Source: an uncultured Micropruina sp.
GTDB taxonomy: Bacteria > Actinomycetota > Actinomycetes > Propionibacteriales > Propionibacteriaceae
Direction: 5' to 3'
DNA: 38,128 nucleotides
NCBI GenBank assembly: GCA_937863965.1
Contig: CALMIQ010000086.1
Location: 1-38,128 of the forward strand
The notes beneath the pieces are model-generated. The model had not been told where the DNA came from. It saw only the letters and a program-made list of their open reading frames with translations, and did no database searches. Shown piece by piece: positions 8,425-17,560 of the stretch. Made by a program: the position numbers and the translations under genes. Each line of letters starts with the position of its first letter. The first letter of the stretch is position 1.

Positions 8425-10448
8425 GCGACTCGCTCGGCCATCTCATCGGCCGGGCGGGCCTGGTGGAGTGGCGGGTCCGGACGCTGGTGGCCGAACGGCG
8501 GGCCGGTGACCCGGCCCCCGACGACGCGTTCCGCGGGCTGTACCTGAGCGACGAGGCGATCGACCAGCTCCTGGACGCCGGCGCGGACGCCCCGGTCCCG
8601 GTGGCGGCCGAAGCCATCGCGGAACTCGACCGGGCGGCCGGGCCGGACGTCCGGCTGCTGCGGTTGGCCCGGTCGGCCACGCTGACCGACCTGGACGTGG
8701 AGCTGCTGCTGCTCGCCGCCATGCCCGACCTGGATCCGCGCTTCGAACGGTTCTACGGCTATCTGAACGATGACGTGACCCGGCGGCGGGCCTCGATCGG
8801 GCTGGCGCTGCAGTTGGCCGGGGCGTCGCTGCTGTCGGCACCGGCCCGGGGCCGGCTGGATCCCAGCCGGCCACTGGTCCGGCATGGGCTGATCGTCGTG
8901 GAGGACCCGGAGCGGCCGCTGCTCGGCCGGGGCCTGCGGGTGCCGGACCGGGTGGTCGCGCACCTGCTGGGCGACGACACCCCCGACGCCGCGCTGGCCG
9001 GGGTGCTCGGCGACGGCGACGGCTACCCGTCCCCGCTGTCGCATCAGCTGGCGGGTGCGCTGGCCCGCGGCGTCCGGCTGGTCCATCTGCGGGAACGGCT
9101 GCTCGGCAGCGGTGTCGCCACCGGCGCCGCCGCTCTCGCCGAGGCCGGGACCGGCGCGGTGGTGCTGGACCTGTCCCGGCTGGTCGCGACGCCGGAGCCG
9201 CACGCCGTCGTCCGGCTCGCCGTCCGCGAGGCCGTGCTGCGTGGCGCCGGCCTGGTCGCCGGTCCCGTCGAGCAGCTGGCCCAGGCGCACCCGGACATCG
9301 TCCGGTGGCTGACCGAATCGGGGGTGCCGGTGCTGCTGGCGGGGGTGGCGACCTGGGATCCGCAATGGTCGAGCACCAACCCGTTGACGGTGGAGGCGCC
9401 GGTCTTCACCGTCGGCGACCGGCTGGCGCTGTGGGCGCAGCAGCTGGACGCGGCGGACGCGGACGCCGGGCTCGACCCGGCGGCGTTGGCGGGGCATCTC
9501 GCGCTCGGCCCCGCCCAGGTGCGCCGCGCCATAGAGGCGGCCGGGATCGCCGCCTCCCTGCGCGACGGGGTGATCACGGCGGACGACCTGCGCCGCGGCG
9601 TCCGGGCACAGAACGCGGCCGGCCTGGAGCGGCTCGCCCGGCGGATCGAGCCGGAGGTCGGCTGGGACGACCTGGTGGTGACGCCGAACGTCCGGCGTGC
9701 CCTCACCGACCTGACGGCGCGCGCTCGGCACCGCGACACGGTGCTCGCCGAGTGGCGGATGCGTCGCGGCGGCGGACGCGGACGCGGAGTGACCGCGCTC
9801 TTCGCGGGCGACTCGGGCACCGGCAAGACCCTGTCGGCGGAGGTGATCGCCGGGGATCTGGGGCTCGACCTGTACACGGTGAACCTGGCCACCGTGGTGG
9901 ACAAGTACGTCGGCGAGACCGAGAAGAACCTGGAGCGGATCTTCGCCGAGGCCGGCGGCGTCAACGCGGTGCTGTTCTTCGACGAGGCGGACGCCATCTT
10001 CGGCAAGCGCAGCGACGTCAAGGACGCCCACGACCGCTACGCCAACATCGAGAGCGCCTACCTGCTGCAGCGGCTGGAGACCTTCGACGGGCTGGCCGTG
10101 CTGGCCACCAACCTGCGGGCGAACATCGACGAGGCGTTCACCCGGCGGCTGGACGCGATCATCGACTTCCCGGCGCCCACCGAGGAGCTGCGCCGGGCGC
10201 TGTGGCAGCACTGCCTGGCCGAGCCGCTGCCGCTCGCCGACGACATCGACCTCGACTTCCTCGCCGCGGCGTTCGAGCTCGCCGGCGGCAACATCCGCTC
10301 GGCCGCGACCACCGCCGCCTACCTGGCCGCGGCGGACGGCACGCCGGTGACGATGCGGCTGATCGTGGTCGCCGTCGAGCAGGAGTACCGCAAGCTCGGC
10401 CGGTTGGTGCTGGAGCGGGAGTTCGGCCGGTTCTACGCGAGCCTGTGA
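8421..10448 (+). CDS. CIS AAA+ ATPase (Afp15/Pvc15-like)
   Basis: Walker A GDSGTGKT, VVDKYVGETEKNL, Walker B LFFDEAD, LATN, AFTRR arginine finger. ATGA overlap with the cap gene. Confidence 0.95.
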   Translation: MSDSLGHLIGRAGLVEWRVRTLVAERRAGDPAPDDAFRGLYLSDEAIDQLLDAGADAPVPVAAEAIAELDRAAGPDVRLLRLARSATLTDLDVELLLLAAMPDLDPRFERFYGYLNDDVTRRRASIGLALQLAGASLLSAPARGRLDPSRPLVRHGLIVVEDPERPLLGRGLRVPDRVVAHLLGDDTPDAALAGVLGDGDGYPSPLSHQLAGALARGVRLVHLRERLLGSGVATGAAALAEAGTGAVVLDLSRLVATPEPHAVVRLAVREAVLRGAGLVAGPVEQLAQAHPDIVRWLTESGVPVLLAGVATWDPQWSSTNPLTVEAPVFTVGDRLALWAQQLDAADADAGLDPAALAGHLALGPAQVRRAIEAAGIAASLRDGVITADDLRRGVRAQNAAGLERLARRIEPEVGWDDLVVTPNVRRALTDLTARARHRDTVLAEWRMRRGGGRGRGVTALFAGDSGTGKTLSAEVIAGDLGLDLYTVNLATVVDKYVGETEKNLERIFAEAGGVNAVLFFDEADAIFGKRSDVKDAHDRYANIESAYLLQRLETFDGLAVLATNLRANIDEAFTRRLDAIIDFPAPTEELRRALWQHCLAEPLPLADDIDLDFLAAAFELAGGNIRSAATTAAYLAAADGTPVTMRLIVVAVEQEYRKLGRLVLEREFGRFYASL

Positions 10449-10475
10449 CCGATCCGGCGCCCGTTCGGTCGGCGG

Positions 10476-10502
10476 TGCCCGAAAGGGCATGCGGCGGTGC
10501 GC
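10476..10502 (+). promoter_or_regulatory. CIS box 2: TGCCC-GAAA-GGGCA-N8-TGCGC
   Basis: Same palindrome, in the intergenic region upstream of the DUF4157 gene. Confidence 0.6.
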
Positions 10503-10568
10503 CCCGGGGTCTTCCAGCCGGGCGGCCGCGGTGCCAAGCTGGGCCAGAGTGCACGAGGAGGCGCCACC

Positions 10569-11312
10569 ATGCACGATCACCTGGTTGACGAGCGCATCGC
10601 GACCCTTCGACCCAAGGGGTCACGGATCGAAGGCGACGCGCAGGCGTTGGCCGGCAGGGCCGCCGGCCACGGACGCACCGACGTCCTCGATCCCGACGCC
10701 GTGCTCGGACTGCAGCGCAGCGCCGGCAACGGCGCCGTTGCGCAGCTGATGGAGGAGGAGCGCTCGCCGGTCCACGACGTGGTCAACTCCGGCGGGCGGC
10801 CGATCGAGCCGGACGTCCGCGAGGACATGGAGGGCCGGCTCGGTCACGACTTCTCCGACGTCCGCATCCACGACGACGCCGCCGCGGCCGACTCGGCGAA
10901 GGCGGTCAACGCCCACGCCTACACCGTCGGCTCGAACGTGGTGTTCCAGCGGGACGTCTACGACCCGGGTTCGCAGCAGGGCAGGACCACCCTGGCGCAC
11001 GAACTCACTCACGTGATCCAGCAGCGCAGCGGGCCGGTCGACGGGACGTCCGCGCCCGGCGGCATCAAGGTGAGCGACCCCTCCGACCGGTTCGAGCGCG
11101 AGGCGTCCGCCAACGCCGACCGGGTGATGGCCGGCCCGGCGCCGGTGCAGGCCCTCGGCGTGTCGGCGCCCGCGGTGCAGCGCGAGGAGGCCCCCGAGGA
11201 GGAAGAGGTCCAGGGCCTGTTCGTGCAGCGTGAGGAGGAGCCGGAAGAGGAGGAGGTCCAGGGGCTCTTCGTCCAGCGCGAGGACGAGGATGAGGAAGAG
11301 ACCCCGGCCTGA
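10569..11312 (+). CDS. DUF4157 (eCIS core domain, HExxH) protein with acidic repeat tail
   Basis: RBS GAGGAG. GRPIEPDVREDMEGRLGHDFSDVRIHDD...NAHAYTVGSNVVF...LAHELTHVIQQ...DRFEREA. Confidence 0.92.
   Translation: MHDHLVDERIATLRPKGSRIEGDAQALAGRAAGHGRTDVLDPDAVLGLQRSAGNGAVAQLMEEERSPVHDVVNSGGRPIEPDVREDMEGRLGHDFSDVRIHDDAAAADSAKAVNAHAYTVGSNVVFQRDVYDPGSQQGRTTLAHELTHVIQQRSGPVDGTSAPGGIKVSDPSDRFEREASANADRVMAGPAPVQALGVSAPAVQREEAPEEEEVQGLFVQREEEPEEEEVQGLFVQREDEDEEETPA
11175..11300 (+). repeat. About 2.5 coding tandem copies of a 48-nt unit (VQREEAPEEEEVQGLF)
   Basis: Units start at 11175, 11223 and 11271. Confidence 0.8.
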
Positions 11313-13191
11313 CGCCCCGACCCACGATCGCGCAACCGAGGCTGCGCGCCCGGGCACCGCCGAGGCGCGTCCGTGGCCGGGCCCCCGCCCCGGGACGAGG
11401 ACGGACTGGTCCGCGGACCGCGTGGTGTCGATGCAGCGGTCCGCCGGGAACGCGGCCGTCGCCGGCGCCGCGAGCCGGCTGCCCGTGCAACGACGCAGCC
11501 GGGCGGCGGAGATCACCGGACGCTACACCGACCCCGAGGCGCTGGCCATCCTGCAGAACCTGCCCACCCAGGACCTCATCGACACCTTCGACGACCCGTC
11601 GGCCGGGATGGGCCCGAAGATGCTGACCGCCGCGTCCGGCGCGCTGCTCACCATCGCGGACCCGGTCAAGCGGGACCGCATCACCTGCGCGCTCCGCGCG
11701 TGCAACGGCCCCATCGACCCGACGTTCTACATCAGCTGGAGCCATCTGGGGGCCGCAGATCAGCAGCTGCTGATGACCCGGGCCACCCGCATCGACAAGG
11801 ACGCGGCCCTGCCCGCCAGACGGATCGCCGTGATGGGCGGCGGGCTGCTCGGGATGATCCGGGCCGGAGCCTACGAGGAGGCGTTCGGCTTCCTCAACGG
11901 CCTGAACATGGCCGAGATCCTCACCACGCTGCTGACCGTGCGGGGGGCCGCCATCCAACGCCCGGCCGGGGCCGCCGGGCCGGCGTTGACCGGCCTGGCG
12001 GACCTGCAGGCGCACCTGTCGGCGGCCGTCGGGGTCCATGTCGAGCGCCTCCGGCTGGCGATGGAGGCGGTGGCGTTCGTCAGCAACGACTACGCCGAGT
12101 TCGAGCGCCGTCAGCCGGCGGTCACCGGTTCGGCCCTGCAGGACTTCGAACGCAACGACATCAAGGAGTTCATGTCGGGCGCCGGTCTGGCCCGGTTCGC
12201 CAGGGTGATCGGTCACGACGACCTGTTCGTCGGGGGCCAGTTCTTCTGGAGCAACGAGCTCGCCAACGCGATGCTGACCCACCCGGACACCGCCCGGCTG
12301 AGCCCGGGCGCGGCCACGGCGTTCAAGGAGATGGTGCGGACGGCCCACGACCAGTCCGCCACCAGTGGGAACGTGCGGAGCAAGGCCGCCGCGTTCCTGG
12401 CCGTGGCCTCCTCCGGCGGGGCGTCACCCGCGCTGATGGCCATGGCCCGCGAGGTCAGCCCGAAGCCGCTGATGCTGGCCGTGCCGCCCCAGCAGAACGA
12501 GATCTTCAAGCGGAGATCCGACGAGTTCATGGGTGGTCTCGGCCTGTACAACATGCTGTCGGGGCTCTACCTCGGATCGGGCTCGGAACCCTTGCTGACC
12601 TCGCACCTGAACGCCTTCAAGGTCTGCTTCCTGCTGCAGGCCGAGGCCGAGGTGTGCGGCTTCCAGGCGGGCTTCCTGGCCAACCTGTTCCGCAAGAAGG
12701 CGCGTGCCACAGGGATCCCGGACCCCGACCCCAAGGCGCGGATCGGTGGGCTGATGCTCGCCTCCTCGACCAAGATCGATCGGAAGGTGTTCACCGTGCG
12801 GGGAGAGGACGTGATCCGCGGTGAGGTCTGCCAGTACGGCTCCGGCCTGGCCGGTTCGATGGCCAAGATCATCGCCGCGCTGGACGCGGGCTGGCTGGTC
12901 CACGTCCGGGTGATGAGCGGCGAGGGCGGTGGCTTCCCGAGCGGGGAGCATTCGCTGATGGTGGTCGGTCACCAGGGTGGCAACGTGCTGATGGCGTCCG
13001 ACAGTGACCCGGGCGGCGAGCTGGACGTGATGCTGAGGACGGGGTTCACCCCGCTCTACTTCGACCCCGCGGTGCCGCGGCTGTCCACCGCGGTGAACGA
13101 CGAGGAGTTCCCGGTGCTGGCCTCCGACACGCGGTTCCAGCGCAACCACCACCACCGCTACCAGGTCATCTCCGTCGCCGGCTGCGTGTAG
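11290..13191 (+). CDS. Putative CIS cargo effector with N-terminal QRSAGN motif and papain-fold-like C-terminal domain
   Basis: Long high-GC3 ORF. The start is uncertain: ATG 11290 overlaps the DUF4157 gene, ATG 11431 is an alternative. C-terminal EVCGF...IIAALDAGWLVHVRV...GEHSLMVVG...SDSDPG. Confidence 0.7.
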   Translation: MRKRPRPDAPTHDRATEAARPGTAEARPWPGPRPGTRTDWSADRVVSMQRSAGNAAVAGAASRLPVQRRSRAAEITGRYTDPEALAILQNLPTQDLIDTFDDPSAGMGPKMLTAASGALLTIADPVKRDRITCALRACNGPIDPTFYISWSHLGAADQQLLMTRATRIDKDAALPARRIAVMGGGLLGMIRAGAYEEAFGFLNGLNMAEILTTLLTVRGAAIQRPAGAAGPALTGLADLQAHLSAAVGVHVERLRLAMEAVAFVSNDYAEFERRQPAVTGSALQDFERNDIKEFMSGAGLARFARVIGHDDLFVGGQFFWSNELANAMLTHPDTARLSPGAATAFKEMVRTAHDQSATSGNVRSKAAAFLAVASSGGASPALMAMAREVSPKPLMLAVPPQQNEIFKRRSDEFMGGLGLYNMLSGLYLGSGSEPLLTSHLNAFKVCFLLQAEAEVCGFQAGFLANLFRKKARATGIPDPDPKARIGGLMLASSTKIDRKVFTVRGEDVIRGEVCQYGSGLAGSMAKIIAALDAGWLVHVRVMSGEGGGFPSGEHSLMVVGHQGGNVLMASDSDPGGELDVMLRTGFTPLYFDPAVPRLSTAVNDEEFPVLASDTRFQRNHHHRYQVISVAGCV

Positions 13192-13239
13192 CCGCGAGCC
13201 GCGTCGGCGTCCGAACCGGGCCGGAAACCCGGCGACTAC

Positions 13240-13266
13240 TGCCCGATCAGGCAGCGAAGTCTGCCC
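13240..13266 (+). promoter_or_regulatory. CIS box 3: TGCCC-GATC-AGGCA-N8-TGCCC
   Basis: One mismatch from the palindrome. GAGACT at 13311-13316 lies 6 nt before the in-frame GTG 13323. Confidence 0.6.
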
Positions 13267-13322
13267 TCAGGACGACACCGGTGGCCCTTCCCCGCACCGC
13301 GGCTGGGGTCGAGACTCGTCCC

Positions 13323-16300
13323 GTGCGTGCTCCACCGATGCAGGAGCGTGCCCGCGCGCCCGCCGATCAGGCACTGCGGCGCGGGCGAGCGCCGGCCCGG
13401 TCGGGGGCGGCGCCGCTCGGTGCCGCCGCGATCCTCGCGCTGCAGCGGGCCGCCGGCAACGAGGCGATCAACGCGCTGATGCTCGGCCAGCTGCGGATGC
13501 CCGGTCCGCAGGCCGCCCGCGAGATGGCGGAGGCGCGAACCGAGCTCCATCGTGACGAACCGGTGGTCGACAAGGTCGAGAAGGGCCTGAAGGCGGCCCG
13601 GGCGCTCGGCATCCCCGTCGATCTCGACGGCATCAAGCCCCCGGCGTCGGCGCTCGCCGTGACCAGCAGCGGGTTCGGACCGGGCGCCGTCGCGGCCAAG
13701 AAGCCGGTGCCGCCGCCGAAGAAGACCCCGCCGGTCAGCCCGCTCGGCAAGGCCGCCGCCAAGAAGGCACCGCCGCCGCAGGCGGCCGGCCCGGCCCGGG
13801 CGCCGAGCCTGCCGGCCCAGGGTGTCGAGCTCGCCCCCCAGCCCACCGTCGACCCCTACCAGCCGCCGGCGAAGCCGACGCTGGTCCGTCCCGACGACGA
13901 TCCCGCGTTCGTGGCGGTCACCGGCAGGGTGAAGACGACGGCGAAGCAGGCGCGTGCGCATGCCCCGGCGTCCGCGAAGGCGAAGGAGGCCCAGGACGCC
14001 GCGATCCCGCCGACCAACGACATCGGCTCGCAGGCCAAGGCCGCCAAGGCCGACACGATGGACGCCCAGCGGCCCGGCAGCTTCGACAAGAAGGCGTTCA
14101 TCGCGGCGGTCGAGGCCGCGATCGCGGCGAAGACCCCCAAGACGCTCGCCCAGGCGGACAAGTACAAGGAGTCGGGCAAGACCGCGGAGGTCAAGGGCGA
14201 GATCAAGGGCATGGTCGCCGAGGGCAAGGCCGGGCAGTCCCGCGACATCGCCGAGGCGACCGCTGCCCCCCCCGACCAGTCCAAGGCGATCGCCAAGCCG
14301 GTCACCCCGATGGGCCCCGAGCCGGTCGGCGCCCCGGCGACCGTGCCGGCGGCGGGCGCCGTACCCAAGCCGGCCCCGGCGGACCAGCTCAACCTGGCCG
14401 CGGGGACGCACCAGGCCAACGACGAACTCGCCGAGGCCGACGTCTCCGAGAAGCAACTGGCCGAATCCAACGAGCCGCAGTTCACCGACGCGCTGGCCGA
14501 CAAGCGCGCCGCCGCCGCCCAGGCCGAGGCGGCGCCGGCCGCCTACCGGGCCGAAGAGGCCCGGGTGATCGGTCAGGGCAAGGCCGAGGCGCAGGCCGAC
14601 ACGGCCAGCGGCCTGAGCGGCATGCAGAGTTCCCGCGCCGGTGCGCTCGCCAAGCTGGTGGCCGACAAGGGCAAGGCGAAGACCAAGGACGAGGCCAAGC
14701 GGGCCGAGGTCACCACCCGGATCGACGGCATCTTCAACGCCACCGAGACCGACGTGAAGAAGATCCTCGACGGCATCGATCCGAAGGTCGACAAGGAGTT
14801 CAACGCCGGCGAGGCGGCGGCCCGGGCGACGTTCGAGAGCTACGTCAGCGCGAAGATGTCGGCGTACAAGAAGGACCGGTACGGTGGCTGGCTCGGCAAG
14901 CTGCGGTGGGTCCGGGACAAGATCAAGGGAATGCCCGCCAAGGTCAACGAGTTCTACGAGGCCGGTCGCGAGCTCTACCTGAAGGAGATGAACCGGACCA
15001 TCTCCCGCGTGGCGGACATCGTCGGCACCGACCTGACCGCCGCGAAGACCCGGATCGCGAAGGGCCGGGCCGACATCGCGTCCTACGTGAAGAGCCTGCC
15101 GAAGGACCTGCAGAAGGTCGGCGCGGACGCCTCCAAAGAGATCGGCGAGCGGTTCGAGCAGCTGGAGAGCGACGTCGACTCCAAGCAGGAGACGCTGGTC
15201 GACGAGCTGGCGACCAAGTACGTCGAGGCGCGCAAGGGCCTGGACGAGCGGATCGAGGAGCTGCAGGCCGAGAACAAGGGGCTGGTCGACAAGGCGATCG
15301 GCGCCATCAAGGCCGTGATCAACACCATCCGCGAGCTCGTGGCGATGTTGAAGGACGTGCTGTCCCGGGCGGCCGGCGTCGTCGGGCAGATCATCAAGGC
15401 GCCGGTGAAGTTCCTCGGCAACCTGATCGCCGGAGTCAAGGGCGGCATCCTCAAATTCAAGGACGACTTCCTCGGTCACCTGCGCCGCGGCCTGATGAGC
15501 TGGCTGTTCGGCGCGCTCGCCGAGGGCGGCATCGAGCTGCCCAAGTCGTTCGACATCAAGGGCATCATCGGCTTCCTGGCGTCGATCTTCGGACTCACCT
15601 GGGCCAACATCCGCAACCGGCTCGTCAAGCAGATCGGCGAGAAGGCGATGGGTGCGGTGGAGAAGGGCGTCGAGATCTTCAAGGTCATCTCGGGCCCGGA
15701 CGGCATCGGCGGACTCTGGCAGATGCTGATGGAGAAGCTCGGCGACATCAAGGAGATGATCTTCACTTCGGTGAAGGACTTCGTGCAGGACCGGATCATC
15801 TCCGCCGGCATCACCTGGCTGATCGGGCTGCTGAACCCGGCCGGCGCCTTCATCAAGGCCTGCAAGCTGATCTACGACATCGTGATGTTCTTCGTGAACA
15901 ACGCCAGTCGGCTCGCCAAGTTCGTCACCACCATCCTCGACTCGATGGCCGAGATCGTCCGCGGCAACATCTCCGCCGTCGTGAACAAGGTCAACGACGT
16001 GCTCGGCCAGATGGTGCCGATCATCATCGGATTCCTGGCCAGCCTGATCGGGCTCGGCGGCATCGGCGCCAAGGTCAAGGAGATCATCACCAAACTGCAG
16101 AAGCCGGTGAACAAGGCGATCGACTTCGTGATCAAGACCGGGCTGAAGCTCGCCGGGCCGATCATCCGCGGCATCGCGGGCATCGGCAAGAAGGTGAAGG
16201 CGAAGGTCGCCGCCGGGAAGGCCTGGGTGAAGGGGAAGGCCGAGGCGGGCAAGAAGTGGGTGAAGGCCAAGGCGCAGACGATTGGCGAGAAGCTCGGCAT

Positions 16301-17399
16301 CATCCGTCGCCCGGTCCGGCTGCAGGAGAAGGAGCGCACGCTCTCGGCCGACCTGAAGAGCGGCGCGGTGGTGCTGAGATCGGTTGCCGCCACTGCGCCC
16401 GACCAGCAGAGCCGGGTCGCGATAAGTGCCGAGGAAGAGCAGATCAGGCACCTCACCAGGACCGGCCCGGCTGCCCGGGCGCCGGTGGCGAACCACCTGC
16501 GGCAGATCGGCGACATGTTGGTCGAGGCACACCGCCGGGTAGGGCCGACCGCGGTGACTCCCGGGGGAGTTCCGGCGAATGGTGCGTTGACCCAGCAGCA
16601 GCAACGAGTCCAGGCGGCCCTGGCCGATCCCGTCCGCAAGCACAGCACCAACAGCGCCCGCGGCACCCAGGTGGCGCACCGTGGACAGACCCCGCCGGAG
16701 CTACACCTGGAATCCGAGCACGTCATCCCGGTGAGCTGGGTGAGCATCGCGCTTCGGGTGCTCGGCCGCGCCGCGATCGACCGCAAGGGCGGATTCCTGG
16801 ACAAGGCCGACGACAAGTCAATGAGCACCGTCCTCATGTATCGCCAGGCCTCGAACGTCAAGACCGGGGAAGAGGGGCCGATCTTCGACGATCTCAGTGC
16901 GATCGTCGATCAGACCCTTCCGGCGCGCTTGCGGGAGGGCAGCTCGGCTCGAGCGGCACAGCAGTTGCGAGGCAGCACCACCCGAGCGCAGCGCGACCAG
17001 CTGCGGAGTGATTGGCAGGCCGGCCTGGGTCAGGCAAAGGCCCGACTGCTGGAGAACCTGGATGAGCGCTTGGGGGAGAGCGTGGCCCGAACCGAACGGG
17101 TGGTGGTGGCGGATCACACCCCCGCGAAGCAGGCCGTTCGGGGCCACCAGGCGCCGCTGCCGCAGCCCGGACATATCCGGGCCGCCGCGACTCAGCAGAT
17201 CCAGCAGATGGCGCGCATCCTCAGTGAACGGGTCGAGGACATGTATCCCGCGGAGTCGGCGTTCTCGGAGGCGGCTCATGAGGAGAACGTGCGCGAGGAT
17301 CTCCGCAAAGCCGGCGGTTCGTCTGGCGGGGCGCCGCCGCCCGGGTACAAGCGGCTCGCCAGTGGCCTGTTCGTGCCGAACGAACCCGAAGATCGATAG
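13323..17399 (+). CDS. Large tape-measure-like / polymorphic-toxin-like CIS cargo protein (~1358 aa) with a variable, HNH-like C-terminus
   Basis: N-terminal LQRAAGNEAI, then a P/A/K-rich region, long helical coiled-coil, amphipathic/hydrophobic helices, and a C-terminal region of atypical codon usage containing ESEHVIP. Start moved from 13281 to GTG 13323 on promoter geometry (inference). Confidence 0.75.
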   Translation: MRAPPMQERARAPADQALRRGRAPARSGAAPLGAAAILALQRAAGNEAINALMLGQLRMPGPQAAREMAEARTELHRDEPVVDKVEKGLKAARALGIPVDLDGIKPPASALAVTSSGFGPGAVAAKKPVPPPKKTPPVSPLGKAAAKKAPPPQAAGPARAPSLPAQGVELAPQPTVDPYQPPAKPTLVRPDDDPAFVAVTGRVKTTAKQARAHAPASAKAKEAQDAAIPPTNDIGSQAKAAKADTMDAQRPGSFDKKAFIAAVEAAIAAKTPKTLAQADKYKESGKTAEVKGEIKGMVAEGKAGQSRDIAEATAAPPDQSKAIAKPVTPMGPEPVGAPATVPAAGAVPKPAPADQLNLAAGTHQANDELAEADVSEKQLAESNEPQFTDALADKRAAAAQAEAAPAAYRAEEARVIGQGKAEAQADTASGLSGMQSSRAGALAKLVADKGKAKTKDEAKRAEVTTRIDGIFNATETDVKKILDGIDPKVDKEFNAGEAAARATFESYVSAKMSAYKKDRYGGWLGKLRWVRDKIKGMPAKVNEFYEAGRELYLKEMNRTISRVADIVGTDLTAAKTRIAKGRADIASYVKSLPKDLQKVGADASKEIGERFEQLESDVDSKQETLVDELATKYVEARKGLDERIEELQAENKGLVDKAIGAIKAVINTIRELVAMLKDVLSRAAGVVGQIIKAPVKFLGNLIAGVKGGILKFKDDFLGHLRRGLMSWLFGALAEGGIELPKSFDIKGIIGFLASIFGLTWANIRNRLVKQIGEKAMGAVEKGVEIFKVISGPDGIGGLWQMLMEKLGDIKEMIFTSVKDFVQDRIISAGITWLIGLLNPAGAFIKACKLIYDIVMFFVNNASRLAKFVTTILDSMAEIVRGNISAVVNKVNDVLGQMVPIIIGFLASLIGLGGIGAKVKEIITKLQKPVNKAIDFVIKTGLKLAGPIIRGIAGIGKKVKAKVAAGKAWVKGKAEAGKKWVKAKAQTIGEKLGIIRRPVRLQEKERTLSADLKSGAVVLRSVAATAPDQQSRVAISAEEEQIRHLTRTGPAARAPVANHLRQIGDMLVEAHRRVGPTAVTPGGVPANGALTQQQQRVQAALADPVRKHSTNSARGTQVAHRGQTPPELHLESEHVIPVSWVSIALRVLGRAAIDRKGGFLDKADDKSMSTVLMYRQASNVKTGEEGPIFDDLSAIVDQTLPARLREGSSARAAQQLRGSTTRAQRDQLRSDWQAGLGQAKARLLENLDERLGESVARTERVVVADHTPAKQAVRGHQAPLPQPGHIRAAATQQIQQMARILSERVEDMYPAESAFSEAAHEENVREDLRKAGGSSGGAPPPGYKRLASGLFVPNEPEDR

Positions 17400-17457
17400 C
17401 CGCGCCCGTCCGATCACCCCGGCTCCCATCGAGCTGCGCCAAGGAAGCGCTGATTTT

Positions 17458-17515
17458 CGTTGGTCGAGCTTGTCGAGACCGTTGCCGATGAGGGTTTCGA
17501 CAAGCTCAACCAGCG
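17458..17515. repeat. REP-like 23-bp imperfect inverted repeat between convergent genes; possible bidirectional terminator
   Basis: CGTTGGTCGAGCTTGTCGAGACC-N12-GGTTTCGACAAGCTCAACCAGCG; 20 of 23 positions complementary. Confidence 0.75.
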
Positions 17516-17560
17516 GGAACGGGCACTTGATCAGCGCTTCCTCGAGGGCAGCTTCGTGGC

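Noticed and set aside
13236-16679. Long antisense and alternate-frame ORFs (e.g. 13236..16679, 7950..10580, 18236..20539, 27127..29292, 32867..35296, 37047..37958)
   Set aside because: Shadow ORFs typical of very GC-rich DNA; no motifs, and they overlap well-supported genes.
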